Shown: positions 18,607 to 28,502 of the stretch, in pieces
Numbering within the stretch: the stretch's first letter is position 1
How the letters are laid out: each line of letters opens with the position of its first letter
Assembly: GCA_042577295.1 (NCBI GenBank)
Contig: JBHPEE010000003.1
Span: forward strand, 1-52,111
DNA length: 52,111 nucleotides
Direction of reading: 5' to 3'
From: Fidelibacterota bacterium
Lineage (GTDB): Bacteria > Fidelibacterota > Marinisomatia > Marinisomatales > JAHJCW01
Notes under the pieces: model-generated
Told to the model about the DNA's origin: nothing
Seen by the model: the letters and a program-made list of their open reading frames with translations, nothing else
The model's database searches: none
Program-made: the position numbers and the translations under genes

Positions 18607-20001
18607 ATGAATTATATTTTTGGTATTACTGCAAAGAAGTCAACACAATACAATAAATTTGTCTCAGGTTCCCAAAAAAAGTTATCTGGAAGTTCGAATA
18701 ATGTAAAGTTAGCTTATTCTCTCAGTTCGATTTTATCTTATATGACCATAGATAATTATGATGCTATTTTTGTGGATTGGACGATCTTGTCGAAAAATTA
18801 TAAAACTTTTGAGAAACAATTACAAAAGATAAATAAATTTATACCATTAATTATAATTACTAATGATTCTGAAATAGATAGCGAATTATTTGTTGGCTGC
18901 CCATCACTTTTTCGAGTAATCAATCAATCAACCGCTGTAAAAATAATTCCTGAAATTCTAAATGATATAATATTGTATAATCAATTATTAGAAGAATTAA
19001 CCCCTTATGCTAAGTCATTTATTATACCGAATGGATTTAAATCCATAATTGGCAATTCCCGTGTTATGCTAAGCGTTTATAAACAATTAGCAAAGGTTTC
19101 TCAAACTAATTTTACTACTTTAATACTGGGTGAAAGTGGCTGTGGAAAAGAAGTAATTGCCAATACAATTCATGATTTAAGTAATAGAAAAAGTCAACAA
19201 CTTGTGTCTCTCAATTGTGCGGCGATCCCATCTAATTTACAAGAGAGTGAATTATTCGGCTTTGAAAAGGGTGCCTTCACTGATGCAAATAAGGAAAAAG
19301 ATGGAAAATTTGAGTTAGCAAATCATGGTACACTTTTTTTCGATGAAATTGGAGATATGGCACTGGATCTTCAATCAAAATTACTTAGAGTATTAGAAAG
19401 CAATACATATATGCGTTTGGGGGGAATTAAAGAGAAAAAAGTTGATGCACGATATATTGCGGCGACGCATCGCAATTTAAATGATATGGTGAAAAACGGC
19501 AGTTTTAGATCTGATTTATTTTATAGACTAAATGTTATCCCAATCCACCTGCCATTACTTCAAGAGCGGGGAAATGACATAGTATTATTATGCCTAAATA
19601 TTATTGGAAAAATATTAGCTCAAGGATCATTATCTTTACATTCAATTTCTTGGGATTTAATCGAAGAATTGAAAAAGTTACCCCTGATGGGGAATATTCG
19701 GGAACTTGAAAATATGCTGACGAGAATAATATTCAATTCCACAGGTCCAGTTCTGGATAAAGAAAGTTTAAGTGAATTCGATATTGCCAGTGACCATATA
19801 GAAAAACCAGTATTGGATTCTGAAGATGTTAATTATGAAATTATGCCATTGAAAAAAATCGAGAAGAATGTAATTAGTAAAGCACTAATTATATATCATG
19901 GGAATATATCTAATGTTGCTAAAATATTAGAGATTTCTAGATCAGCATTATATAGGAAAATAAATAAATACGATTTAGGGAAAAAAGACTTAACGTCTTA
20001 A
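18607..20001 (+). CDS. Sigma-54-dependent activator (PilR/NtrC-like) with divergent receiver-like N-terminus
   Basis: GESGCGKE, ESELFG, GAFTDA, FFDEIG, DLFYRLNV, GNIRELEN and a Fis-type HTH. Confidence 0.88.
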   Translation: MNYIFGITAKKSTQYNKFVSGSQKKLSGSSNNVKLAYSLSSILSYMTIDNYDAIFVDWTILSKNYKTFEKQLQKINKFIPLIIITNDSEIDSELFVGCPSLFRVINQSTAVKIIPEILNDIILYNQLLEELTPYAKSFIIPNGFKSIIGNSRVMLSVYKQLAKVSQTNFTTLILGESGCGKEVIANTIHDLSNRKSQQLVSLNCAAIPSNLQESELFGFEKGAFTDANKEKDGKFELANHGTLFFDEIGDMALDLQSKLLRVLESNTYMRLGGIKEKKVDARYIAATHRNLNDMVKNGSFRSDLFYRLNVIPIHLPLLQERGNDIVLLCLNIIGKILAQGSLSLHSISWDLIEELKKLPLMGNIRELENMLTRIIFNSTGPVLDKESLSEFDIASDHIEKPVLDSEDVNYEIMPLKKIEKNVISKALIIYHGNISNVAKILEISRSALYRKINKYDLGKKDLTS

Positions 20002-20017
20002 GTCAAAATAACTAAAT

Positions 20018-21229
20018 ATGCCACAATATCAATACAGAGCAATTGATTCGGATGGAATCATTACCGACGAAATCGTTGATGCTACTTCATCGCGCGAACT
20101 CAAAAAGACAGTACTTAAAACCAATGTATTCCCATTAACTGTCAAACGAGTAAGACAGCCATTATTTAATAATAATTTAAAAAAAACCCGTTATAGAATT
20201 AAATCCCAAGAGCTTGAAAATTTCACTTCTCAATTATATGTTATGGTAGCAGCCGGTGTACCATTAATTAAAAGTTTAAAAACGATCTCTAAGCAAGTTG
20301 AATCTGACAAAATGAAAAGTGTTGTAGACGATATCATTGAAAGAATAAATAGAGGTGAAGTATTTTCAAAATCACTGAGTCATTATCCTAAAGTATTTAA
20401 TTATTTATATGTTAATATGATTAGAGTGGGCGAAACAACAGGATCACTGGATGTCATTCTTGAGCATATACGAAATTTTTTACATTGGGATATAGCTATT
20501 AAACGTAAGGTAAAAGCTGCAATGCGTTATCCAATGATGGTAGTAGCGTTATTGGTGATAGCTTTTATAGGAATAATTGGTTTTGTTACGCCTATGTTTG
20601 CTGATTTGTTTGCATCTGCGGATGTAGTATTACCACTGCCAACTCGAATAATGCTGGGTCTTAGTACGATCATAACAGAATATTGGTTAATTACATCAAT
20701 AGTAATCCTTGTAATAATATTATCAATACGTTACTATATTAGTCGACCGGGAGGGGCATACAGGTTTGATGTGATCAAATTATTTGTTCCAGTATTTAAG
20801 GATATTGTACTGTATTCTACGATATCAAGGTTCGCACATATATTGGAAACATTAAATCGAAGCGGCATCACAATTATAAATGCGCTTGAAATATTAGAGC
20901 ATACTCTCGACAATCGTGTAATTGCAAAAGATATTAGTAATGCAAAAGAGCTTGTGTTACAAGGAGTCCCTCTTGCCGAAGCTTTGTCTAAAAGTAAACA
21001 TATTCCTGCAATGACTACAATGATGATTGATACTGGTGAACAATCAGGAGCATTAGATGATATGCTGCATAGTATTGCTGAACAATACGATACTATCGTT
21101 AAAACAAAAATTGAAGGACTTGCCGCGGCTATTGAACCTATATTGACTGTGGTAATAGGTGGTTTTTTACTACTTTTTGCTTTATCAATTTTCTTGCCAA
21201 TGTGGAATTTGGTAGAGGTAATAAAATAA
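20018..21229 (+). CDS. pilC: Inner-membrane platform protein PilC/GspF/MshG
   Basis: AGVPL, VGETTGSLD, AAMRYP, LPLPTR, GEQSGALD and IEP motifs. Confidence 0.92.
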   Translation: MPQYQYRAIDSDGIITDEIVDATSSRELKKTVLKTNVFPLTVKRVRQPLFNNNLKKTRYRIKSQELENFTSQLYVMVAAGVPLIKSLKTISKQVESDKMKSVVDDIIERINRGEVFSKSLSHYPKVFNYLYVNMIRVGETTGSLDVILEHIRNFLHWDIAIKRKVKAAMRYPMMVVALLVIAFIGIIGFVTPMFADLFASADVVLPLPTRIMLGLSTIITEYWLITSIVILVIILSIRYYISRPGGAYRFDVIKLFVPVFKDIVLYSTISRFAHILETLNRSGITIINALEILEHTLDNRVIAKDISNAKELVLQGVPLAEALSKSKHIPAMTTMMIDTGEQSGALDDMLHSIAEQYDTIVKTKIEGLAAAIEPILTVVIGGFLLLFALSIFLPMWNLVEVIK

Positions 21230-21239
21230 TAATGAATAA

Positions 21240-21728
21240 ATGATGATTAAAAATTATTACAAAAAGGGAAATAACCGAGGCGTTACTCTAATAGAAGTTG
21301 TTGTTGTGTTGTTTATTATTGGAATTTTTGTTGCAGCAGTATTGCCGAAATTCAGGAATACTTTGGATAACGCGAATCTCATGTCAGCAGCGGGCAAGTT
21401 AAAGGATGATTTACATTATATACATAACTTTGCAGTTACACACCATAGAAGTACCTGGTTTACTGTTGATATTAATTCAAATAGTTATAGTTACGGTATT
21501 TATTCAACACCACCCAACAGCGATCCGGTTGAATTGACTGATCCTGCTACTGGTCAACCTGCTATTATACATTTGGATGATTATAATAGTATCATAACTT
21601 CTGAGACTTTAGGTGGAGGGTTTGACTATAGTTGGTGGGGTACTCCTTCTAATAGTGGTCAAATTGTTCTAAATGGTACAAAAACTATTGTCATTGAAGC
21701 TGAGTCTGGATACATATATGAATTATAA
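21240..21728 (+). CDS. Minor pilin (FimT/GspH/MshC-like)
   Basis: Class III signal RG|VTLIEV followed by a hydrophobic helix. Confidence 0.8.
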   Translation: MMIKNYYKKGNNRGVTLIEVVVVLFIIGIFVAAVLPKFRNTLDNANLMSAAGKLKDDLHYIHNFAVTHHRSTWFTVDINSNSYSYGIYSTPPNSDPVELTDPATGQPAIIHLDDYNSIITSETLGGGFDYSWWGTPSNSGQIVLNGTKTIVIEAESGYIYEL

Positions 21729-22212
21729 AAAAAATCAATCTGGCTTTTCTTTAATTGATGCCATAATTGGTATTATGATTATTAGTTTTGTACTAACTGG
21801 TGTATTATATGTATTACTAGATTTGAGAGTCAAAAGTATTGAAAATGAAGTAACAGCAAAAGGCGCCACTTATGCAAATTCAATAATGAATTATATACGC
21901 GGTCATAGATTTGATGAAAATTATAGTACGTTAGGACCGCCGTGGACTTTCCCATTAGGTCAAGATGGTGGCGGCGGCGGGGACCATGATGATATTGATG
22001 ATTTTATTGGAGCAGATTGGTCGATAATTCCGGGTTATGCAGAATTAGGCTATCAAGCAACGTCAGATATATTCTATGTTGATGAACGAATCGATATGCT
22101 TGTAAATTGTGGGTATATGACTTATTATAAAAGAATTACTGTGACCGTTTCTCATGCAGATTTAGAAAATCCGATAGTATTAACTTCTATTATGACACCT
22201 CATGGAGAATAG
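21718..22212 (+). CDS. Minor pilin (MshD/PilV-like)
   Basis: SG|FSLIDA signal; RFDEN...DDIDDF...KRITVTV pattern recalled from MshD. ATG at 21718 preferred over the ORF-track start. Confidence 0.7.
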   Translation: MNYKKNQSGFSLIDAIIGIMIISFVLTGVLYVLLDLRVKSIENEVTAKGATYANSIMNYIRGHRFDENYSTLGPPWTFPLGQDGGGGGDHDDIDDFIGADWSIIPGYAELGYQATSDIFYVDERIDMLVNCGYMTYYKRITVTVSHADLENPIVLTSIMTPHGE

Positions 22213-22729
22213 AAGAATAAATAAATTATTTAGTGAAACTATTAATTCAAAAGGATATACCTTAATTGAATTGATAGTGGCAATGACAATAATTGGAATA
22301 ATTGCCAGTTTATTGGCGATGTATTTAATGGTAGGTGCCGGTGTATTTAATAAAGTTCAGTCAAGGAAATCACTTGTTATTAATGCTTCTTTAAGTTTAA
22401 AAAAATTTACAAGGGAAGTTAGTTCAACTTGGCAAATATTTTCTGCTACTTCAAAAAATATTCAGTTTACTGCTACAATGGATACTTTAGTGATTATTAG
22501 TTATGAAATAAATACAGATGGTACACTAACCCGAAAATTAGGTAATGGGAATAAAGAATTAATCGCTACCAATATCGATTATAATGGTAGTAATTTTAGT
22601 TACTTTGACATAAATGACAATATTGGCACGCCGATTAGGCGAATTAGAATTTCTCTTTTATTTATTAGTAATGATGAATCGTCCCGCTTTACAGCCGATG
22701 TATCACCTGAAACTATTAGAGAACGATAA
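22202..22729 (+). CDS. Minor pilin (MshO/PilW-like)
   Basis: KG|YTLIEL signal; LKKFTREV helix. Confidence 0.75.
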   Translation: MENRRINKLFSETINSKGYTLIELIVAMTIIGIIASLLAMYLMVGAGVFNKVQSRKSLVINASLSLKKFTREVSSTWQIFSATSKNIQFTATMDTLVIISYEINTDGTLTRKLGNGNKELIATNIDYNGSNFSYFDINDNIGTPIRRIRISLLFISNDESSRFTADVSPETIRER

Positions 22730-22760
22730 TGCATATATTTGAACTATTTTGGAGGTACCT

Positions 22761-23741
22761 ATGAAAATATTAAAAAACGACAAAGGATTTGTTGTTTCTG
22801 TTACCGCTATAATTATGGCCGTTATAGTTGGTATCATGGTATTATATTTTTCTAATTCAATAGCACCAAATTTCACTAGCTCTGTAAATAATTACTCAAG
22901 TTCGCAAGCACGCTGGGCCGCAATTTCAGGTATGGAACATGCATTTTACAAACTTATATTTGGCCTGGATGATATAGCTGGGTCCTATCCATTTCATAAT
23001 GGCAATATTGTTATTGATACAATGACAGTTAACCCGATAGAAGGTACACTAGGAATTACATCTACAGGAACGCATGGAAATAGTACTCGAATATTCTCCC
23101 TTAAAGCATTGCCAATTGAAGCAGATTCAACAGTATTAATGGGTTTTGAAGATGACGAAGGTTTTTTGTATGATCCTTACGGATTAGGTCCAGGACCAAG
23201 ATGGTGGGGGCTCTCCTGTGCCGGTGAATTACCAAATGGCATTTTACCTACATATGTTTTAACCGGAGCTGATAGCTGTTTCTTTTTTGGTACAAAAGTC
23301 CAAAACAATAGTAATCTAATTTTTTCACCAGTTGAGTTAAATGGGGGTAACTATGAATTATTACTATCATTAGCTGCTGGTAAAGATGTAGAGGATGTAG
23401 AGGACCAATCTGATTTCCAGACAGGAGATTTTTTAGAGTTCTTAGTTAATGGTGTTTTAATTGAACGTTGGGAAGGGATAAGTGCGGGCGGTGGAAATCC
23501 AATGTATCCTACAGTTGGTGTTGGTACAGATTCAGTGGGTAATCCCGCAGGTGTATTAACGCCACAATTTCAGGACTTTCATTTTAATCTTACAGAAATT
23601 ATGGGTATGCCATTAGATACAATGCGATTAGAAATTGAAGGAAAAACTAATAATAAGCTAAAATATATTGGCATTGAGGGTATTAGCCTTATGGGTTTAG
23701 GTGGTTGGTCAGTCGAGACGGGATCTTATATAGAAATATAA
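22761..23741 (+). CDS. Minor pilin (MshP/PilX-like) with C-terminal beta-rich domain
   Basis: KG|FVVSV signal lacking Glu5 and QARWAAISGME PilX-N motif; GGAGG RBS before ATG 22761. Confidence 0.7.
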   Translation: MKILKNDKGFVVSVTAIIMAVIVGIMVLYFSNSIAPNFTSSVNNYSSSQARWAAISGMEHAFYKLIFGLDDIAGSYPFHNGNIVIDTMTVNPIEGTLGITSTGTHGNSTRIFSLKALPIEADSTVLMGFEDDEGFLYDPYGLGPGPRWWGLSCAGELPNGILPTYVLTGADSCFFFGTKVQNNSNLIFSPVELNGGNYELLLSLAAGKDVEDVEDQSDFQTGDFLEFLVNGVLIERWEGISAGGGNPMYPTVGVGTDSVGNPAGVLTPQFQDFHFNLTEIMGMPLDTMRLEIEGKTNNKLKYIGIEGISLMGLGGWSVETGSYIEI

Positions 23742-23754
23742 AGAGGTTATTTGA

Positions 23755-24012
23755 ATGGAACTAATTATTACTATAGCTATAGTTATTGCAGCGGTATTTT
23801 TGGTAGTTACCGGTGCATTATTATTATTTTCACCGGAATTATTAATTCGTTTTAATGACTATCTTTTGAATATAGCAAAAAAGGAAATAAAGTTCAGTAT
23901 AAAAAATATATTACCGGTTGATGTATTTGTTTATACTAAAAGGTTTATCTTTGGATTATTACTTATTCTTTTAGGTCTGTATTTAATTTATACAATCAGT
24001 TTATTGTTTTAA
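23755..24012 (+). CDS. Small two-TM membrane protein
   Basis: 85 aa with two hydrophobic segments; AGAGG RBS. Confidence 0.6.
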   Translation: MELIITIAIVIAAVFLVVTGALLLFSPELLIRFNDYLLNIAKKEIKFSIKNILPVDVFVYTKRFIFGLLLILLGLYLIYTISLLF

Positions 24013-24088
24013 TAAATTATAATATATAGCGTATAAATTATAATATACAGCGTATAAATAACAATATGTAGTGTATCGTTATAGGACA
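24012..24088 (+). promoter_or_regulatory. Three 21-bp direct repeats plus a TGT-N11-ACA box upstream of the pilin promoter (putative activator sites)
   Basis: ATAAATTATAATATATAGCGT / ATAAATTATAATATACAGCGT / ATAAATAACAATATGTAGTGT; TGTATCGTTATAGGACA at 24072-24088. Confidence 0.5.
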
Positions 24089-24163
24089 CTTTGCATTAAA
24101 ATGGGGAATAGACCGTTCTGGTGTTGTAGCGTTAAAATAAATAATAACAATAATATACATGTT

Positions 24164-24179
24164 TGGCACACTATTTGCA
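24164..24179 (+). promoter_or_regulatory. Sigma-54 -24/-12 promoter of the major pilin
   Basis: TGGCAC-ACTAT-TTGCA, a perfect consensus match about 100 bp before the ATG. Confidence 0.85.
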
Positions 24180-24276
24180 CTATATAAAGTGAATGACCAA
24201 TCGGGATGGTGCATAGATAAAAAGCCGTACAAGACTGGTCCTGATGGCATAATAAAAAAAAGGAAGGAAAACGAAT

Positions 24277-24687
24277 ATGAAAAATCAAAAAGGTTTTACA
24301 TTAATCGAGTTGATCGTAGTTATTGCGATTATTGCTATATTAGCGGCCGTTGCTGTACCGGCTTTTATTAATGTAGTAGATGAAGCGCACCTAGCAAATA
24401 TGGATGCTGTTGAAGGTGTATTCAGAAGTGCTGCTGTTATGTATGCTTCTGACCAATTACTAACTACTGGTACCTATAATTATCCTGTAACAGCTAATGC
24501 GACTATTGCTTTACTTACTGAGGATGGCGCGATAAATGATTGGGAAGATGGCGCCGCTGGTGTATGGGAATATCACCCAGGAGGTTCGGCAACAGCTTGG
24601 GGAACATTAACATATGTAGGTGTACCTTTTGCTGCGGGCCCCCCAATTGTCCCGTCCTCGTATACTATTGTATCAGCTAGATTATAA
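24277..24687 (+). CDS. pilA: Major type IV pilin (PilA/MshA-like)
   Basis: MKNQKG|FTLIELIVVIAIIAILAAVAVP; has its own promoter, AGGAAGG RBS and terminator. Confidence 0.88.
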   Translation: MKNQKGFTLIELIVVIAIIAILAAVAVPAFINVVDEAHLANMDAVEGVFRSAAVMYASDQLLTTGTYNYPVTANATIALLTEDGAINDWEDGAAGVWEYHPGGSATAWGTLTYVGVPFAAGPPIVPSSYTIVSARL

Positions 24688-24711
24688 TAGCAACATAATA
24701 AGGATTAAATT

Positions 24712-24752
24712 AAAAAAAAGATCTGCTCCTTCTGGGGTAGATCTTTTTTTTT
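24712..24752 (+). terminator. Rho-independent terminator after the major pilin
   Basis: A-tract, AGATCTGCTCC-ttct-GGGGTAGATCT, T-tract. Confidence 0.85.
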
Positions 24753-24786
24753 CAAATTATAGACAACACAGAATGCAGAATTTAAA

Positions 24787-25167
24787 ATGTTTGGGTTAAA
24801 AGAAGATGGAATGACGGTAGCTGAGATGGTAATGGTTTTTGCAATAGCAAGCATAATTACTTTAACTGCCTTTCCCTATTACAATAATCTAGTAAAAGAA
24901 ACACACCAGGCTAAAGTGAAGTTAACGTATAATAATATTAAAACTTCTATTGCCCTTGCAAAGGCTGATAGCGTATTTGCTATTGGAAAAATCAGAGTAC
25001 CTTTTCCGCATCAGGTGACTAGTGATAAAATAATTGGTTTATCAGAGTCTAATAATTGGATAAATGACGAAATAGGCACCTGGACCTATCTCCCGATAGG
25101 AGCAGAAATTGTATATAATAGAACTAGCGATGATGACTATTCATTAAAAATTATATATAAAGATTAA
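24787..25167 (+). CDS. Second, divergent pilin-like protein
   Basis: EDG|MTVAEM signal; shares the (I/N)NxW.....G.W.Y.P.G pattern with the major pilin. Confidence 0.65.
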   Translation: MFGLKEDGMTVAEMVMVFAIASIITLTAFPYYNNLVKETHQAKVKLTYNNIKTSIALAKADSVFAIGKIRVPFPHQVTSDKIIGLSESNNWINDEIGTWTYLPIGAEIVYNRTSDDDYSLKIIYKD

Positions 25168-25211
25168 AATATTATAACTACTAAAAAAGATAATATATAT
25201 CATAAATTGAG

Positions 25212-25246
25212 AAAAAAAGACTCCACATTTGTGGAGTCTTTTTTTT
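25212..25246 (+). terminator. Rho-independent terminator
   Basis: A-tract, GACTCCAC-attt-GTGGAGTC, T-tract. Confidence 0.85.
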
Positions 25247-25355
25247 CTATCATATAACTGAAAAATTGAGCGGGCAATACATCATTAGCTTTAAATTAGC
25301 CGTGTATAAATTATATAGACTATTAAAAAGAGCAGTTTCAACAAAAATCTAGCAT

Positions 25356-28300
25356 TTGATGAAATTTATTAGAAATCTAGCCGCAGGATTACTACTAATC
25401 ATAATTACTGATGTACTATTTGCGGGTGCAGTCGATACTAGCTGGGTACAGAAGATGTTTACTAGAGAAGAGGGAGATATTTCCATCATTCCGGATTTCG
25501 ATGATGCTTATGGTGTATCATTCCGTGATATTAATAATGACGGATTACCTGATCTATATGTAACCCGTTTCCGTGAATTAAATCGATTGTTAATAAATCG
25601 TGGTCAAGGTTTATCTTTTAAAGATCAAACAATCCGAACCGGTTTAGGGGGAAATTTAACACCCCAGCGATTACAAAATTTAGAATTAGGGGCCGATATA
25701 ATTGATTTTAATAATGATGGTTTACCGGATGTATTAACTGTCGGTTGGGGAGTAACAACCACCCTTTATAAACAACAAAAAATATTGGATTTTAAAGATT
25801 ATACTGAAGACATCGGTTTGAAACACCCCATAAGTGGAAATGCGGGAATCTGGGCTGATATTGATATTGACGGTGATTTAGATCTGTTTATTACCGATGA
25901 ACATGGTAAAAATCATTTATATGTTCAATCAAAACCGGAAGTTTTTACTGAATTAGCGGATGGATTTGGGCTGGATGGCCATCAGATCAGCCAAGGAGCT
26001 GCTTTTGGTGATCTGAACGCCGATGGTTACCCGGATTTATATATTTGTAATTGGTTTGAACCGGACATGTTATTTATTAATAAAAGCGGTGAATATTTTG
26101 AAAAAGCACCAATATTAGTTACCCATTTAACTGATTCATTAAATTCAAACGGTGTTACCTTTGGAGATTTGGACAATGACGGTGATTTAGATATTTTGGT
26201 AACCGACCGCAATAATTCCAGCAAAATATATCGTAACGATTTTGATTCTACAAATAATACTCTCAGATTTACCGATGTAACCGATAATTCATTGCTAATT
26301 AATAATTATCCATCCTATTCCGGCAATATTGCCGATTTTAATAATGATGGTTTACTTGATATATTTTTTACAAATATTGGGCCAAACTTGCTATTTTTAA
26401 ATCAAGGTAGTATAAAATTTCAGTTAGCTTACACCGAGCAGATTATAGATTACGAATACCCTGATGCAAATTACAGCACCGGTGCAGCAGTCGCAGATTT
26501 AGAAAACGATGGTGATTTGGATTTATTTGTATCTAATAAAGATACTTATAGCCAATTATATGTAAATCCATTACAGAATAGTAATTATCTTAGATTTGAA
26601 TTTGAAGGAATTTATAGTAACCGAGACGCAATAGGTACAAAAGTATGGTTGTATGAGGAAGCGGATAGTGCAAGTAGTAATCGATTAATAGGTTTCAGAG
26701 AAATTTCAAGCAGCGCCGGTTATTTATCGGCCAGTGAATTAATCGCTCATTTTGGAGTGAGATCAAATATAACATATACACTTAGAGCACTTTTTCCTTC
26801 AGGAAGAGAAATCATCTTAAATAATATAATTCCCGATCAGACCATCAAGATTGATGAAGTGTCCGGAATATTAAAGGTTTCAAAACGTACTCAGCAAACT
26901 ATTGGCACTATTGTTCGGCAGCCATCATTTTTAATTAATTTAGGATTAATACTCTTTTTAATTATTTTAATTGGTCTTTTTATCGCTATCGCCATTAAAC
27001 GCTATTTGTGGAAGTCAAAACAGACCGCAATATTTTTAGTAATAATTCTATCAATTTTATATATTTTCTGGTCCGGAATGCGTGATCGTCCCATGTCAGA
27101 AACACTTGGAGTACAAATCCTCGTTATATTGACAATCTTGATATTTACAATCGGCTTTATGGAAAAGTTACGGCAAGTGAATAAGAAACGATTTGAATAT
27201 CGCCATGTTTTACATCGATTTTCGGAAGACCTTATTTTTATCAGAAATAATACAAAATTATATGATCAGTTGGTCACAATGATTCAGAGTTCTCTTGATG
27301 TAAAGTTTACAGGCGTTGTTGAGATAAAAAATGAAAAAACCGGTAAACAATATTTTTCAATACCTAATAATATTAAGTGGAATACAATTACTTTTTCGGA
27401 TGAACAGATAAGAGTTCTTTTAGCAAATAATAGTATTAATCAAACAATAATTACTGAACAGTACCAACAATTTCCTCCGAATATAGATCTTATTATTCCA
27501 CTAAAAAGACAGGCAAAACTTTATGCAATGCTAATTTTAATTCGTAATGAAAACACTAAATTCTACCAACAAGAAGATATTACATTATTGACGACAGTTG
27601 CCAATCAAGCTTCGCTTGCAATAGAGAATAATTTATATATAGAAGAAACGAAAGCATTAACCAAATCATTGACTGAATCACAAGTGCAAAAACGCTATGT
27701 GAATGAATTAGAAGAGAAGAATCGAAATTTGGAGGAATTATTTATCGAATTGAGAGAAACTCAATCGCAATTAATTCAAAGTGAAAAGATGTCAAGTTTG
27801 GGTCAATTAGTGGCCGGCGTTGCCCACGAATTGAACAATCCTATCGGTTATTTATATGCCAATATGAAGGAGTTACAAAAATATATAAATTTATTAAAAC
27901 AAGGCGAAGACGGAAAAATCGGAACCTCAGTAGAATATATTAAAGAGGATATTGATCAATTGATTTTGGAAAGTGTGGAAGGCAGCGAACGCGTTAAGAC
28001 AATCGTGGAAAACCTCCGTAAGTTCTCTCGCTTGGATGAAGCAGAGTTCAAATATGCAGATATTCACGAAGGATTGGATTCTACTATAATGTTAATTGAA
28101 AAGGAATTGGGCAAAAACATTAAATTGCATAAAGATTATTCTGATATGCCGTCAATTAGTTGTATGCCGGGGCATCTTAATCAAGTGTTTTTAAATATGT
28201 TGCTCAATGCAATACAAGCTATTGAAGGTAATGGGAATATTTGGATTTCAACAGCAATTAAGAATGATAAAGTTGTTATTAAATTCAAAGATGATGGAAA

Positions 28301-28499
28301 GGGAATTCCCAAAGAAAATATTGTTAAAATATTTGAACCATTTTTCACAACAAAACCGGTTGGAATGGGAACGGGCTTAGGATTAAGTATCAGTTATGGC
28401 ATTATTCAAGAACACGGTGGTGATATGAAAGTAAAAAGTAAAAAGAAAACCGGCACGACATTTACGATTTCAATTCCATATAACCCATTACAAAAATAA
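25356..28499 (+). CDS. Membrane sensor histidine kinase with FG-GAP propeller and ASPIC/UnbV extracytoplasmic domain, about 3 TMs and a GAF-like domain
   Basis: Signal peptide; seven DxxxDGxxDL repeats; NRDAIGTKV...GYLS....AHFG; H-box GVAHELNNP; N-box LNQVFLNMLLNA; DDGKG; FFTTKPVGMGTGLGL. Confidence 0.88.
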   Translation: MMKFIRNLAAGLLLIIITDVLFAGAVDTSWVQKMFTREEGDISIIPDFDDAYGVSFRDINNDGLPDLYVTRFRELNRLLINRGQGLSFKDQTIRTGLGGNLTPQRLQNLELGADIIDFNNDGLPDVLTVGWGVTTTLYKQQKILDFKDYTEDIGLKHPISGNAGIWADIDIDGDLDLFITDEHGKNHLYVQSKPEVFTELADGFGLDGHQISQGAAFGDLNADGYPDLYICNWFEPDMLFINKSGEYFEKAPILVTHLTDSLNSNGVTFGDLDNDGDLDILVTDRNNSSKIYRNDFDSTNNTLRFTDVTDNSLLINNYPSYSGNIADFNNDGLLDIFFTNIGPNLLFLNQGSIKFQLAYTEQIIDYEYPDANYSTGAAVADLENDGDLDLFVSNKDTYSQLYVNPLQNSNYLRFEFEGIYSNRDAIGTKVWLYEEADSASSNRLIGFREISSSAGYLSASELIAHFGVRSNITYTLRALFPSGREIILNNIIPDQTIKIDEVSGILKVSKRTQQTIGTIVRQPSFLINLGLILFLIILIGLFIAIAIKRYLWKSKQTAIFLVIILSILYIFWSGMRDRPMSETLGVQILVILTILIFTIGFMEKLRQVNKKRFEYRHVLHRFSEDLIFIRNNTKLYDQLVTMIQSSLDVKFTGVVEIKNEKTGKQYFSIPNNIKWNTITFSDEQIRVLLANNSINQTIITEQYQQFPPNIDLIIPLKRQAKLYAMLILIRNENTKFYQQEDITLLTTVANQASLAIENNLYIEETKALTKSLTESQVQKRYVNELEEKNRNLEELFIELRETQSQLIQSEKMSSLGQLVAGVAHELNNPIGYLYANMKELQKYINLLKQGEDGKIGTSVEYIKEDIDQLILESVEGSERVKTIVENLRKFSRLDEAEFKYADIHEGLDSTIMLIEKELGKNIKLHKDYSDMPSISCMPGHLNQVFLNMLLNAIQAIEGNGNIWISTAIKNDKVVIKFKDDGKGIPKENIVKIFEPFFTTKPVGMGTGLGLSISYGIIQEHGGDMKVKSKKKTGTTFTISIPYNPLQK

Positions 28500-28502
28500 T
28501 AT

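Noticed and set aside
19270-19287. GAFTDA instead of GAFTGA in both activators as a sign of sigma-54 independence
   Set aside because: GAFTDA is a common natural variant, and -24/-12 promoters are present nearby.
24038-24371. Three short ORFs over the pilin promoter
   Set aside because: They overlap the sigma-54 promoter and the pilA start, with no RBS or motifs.
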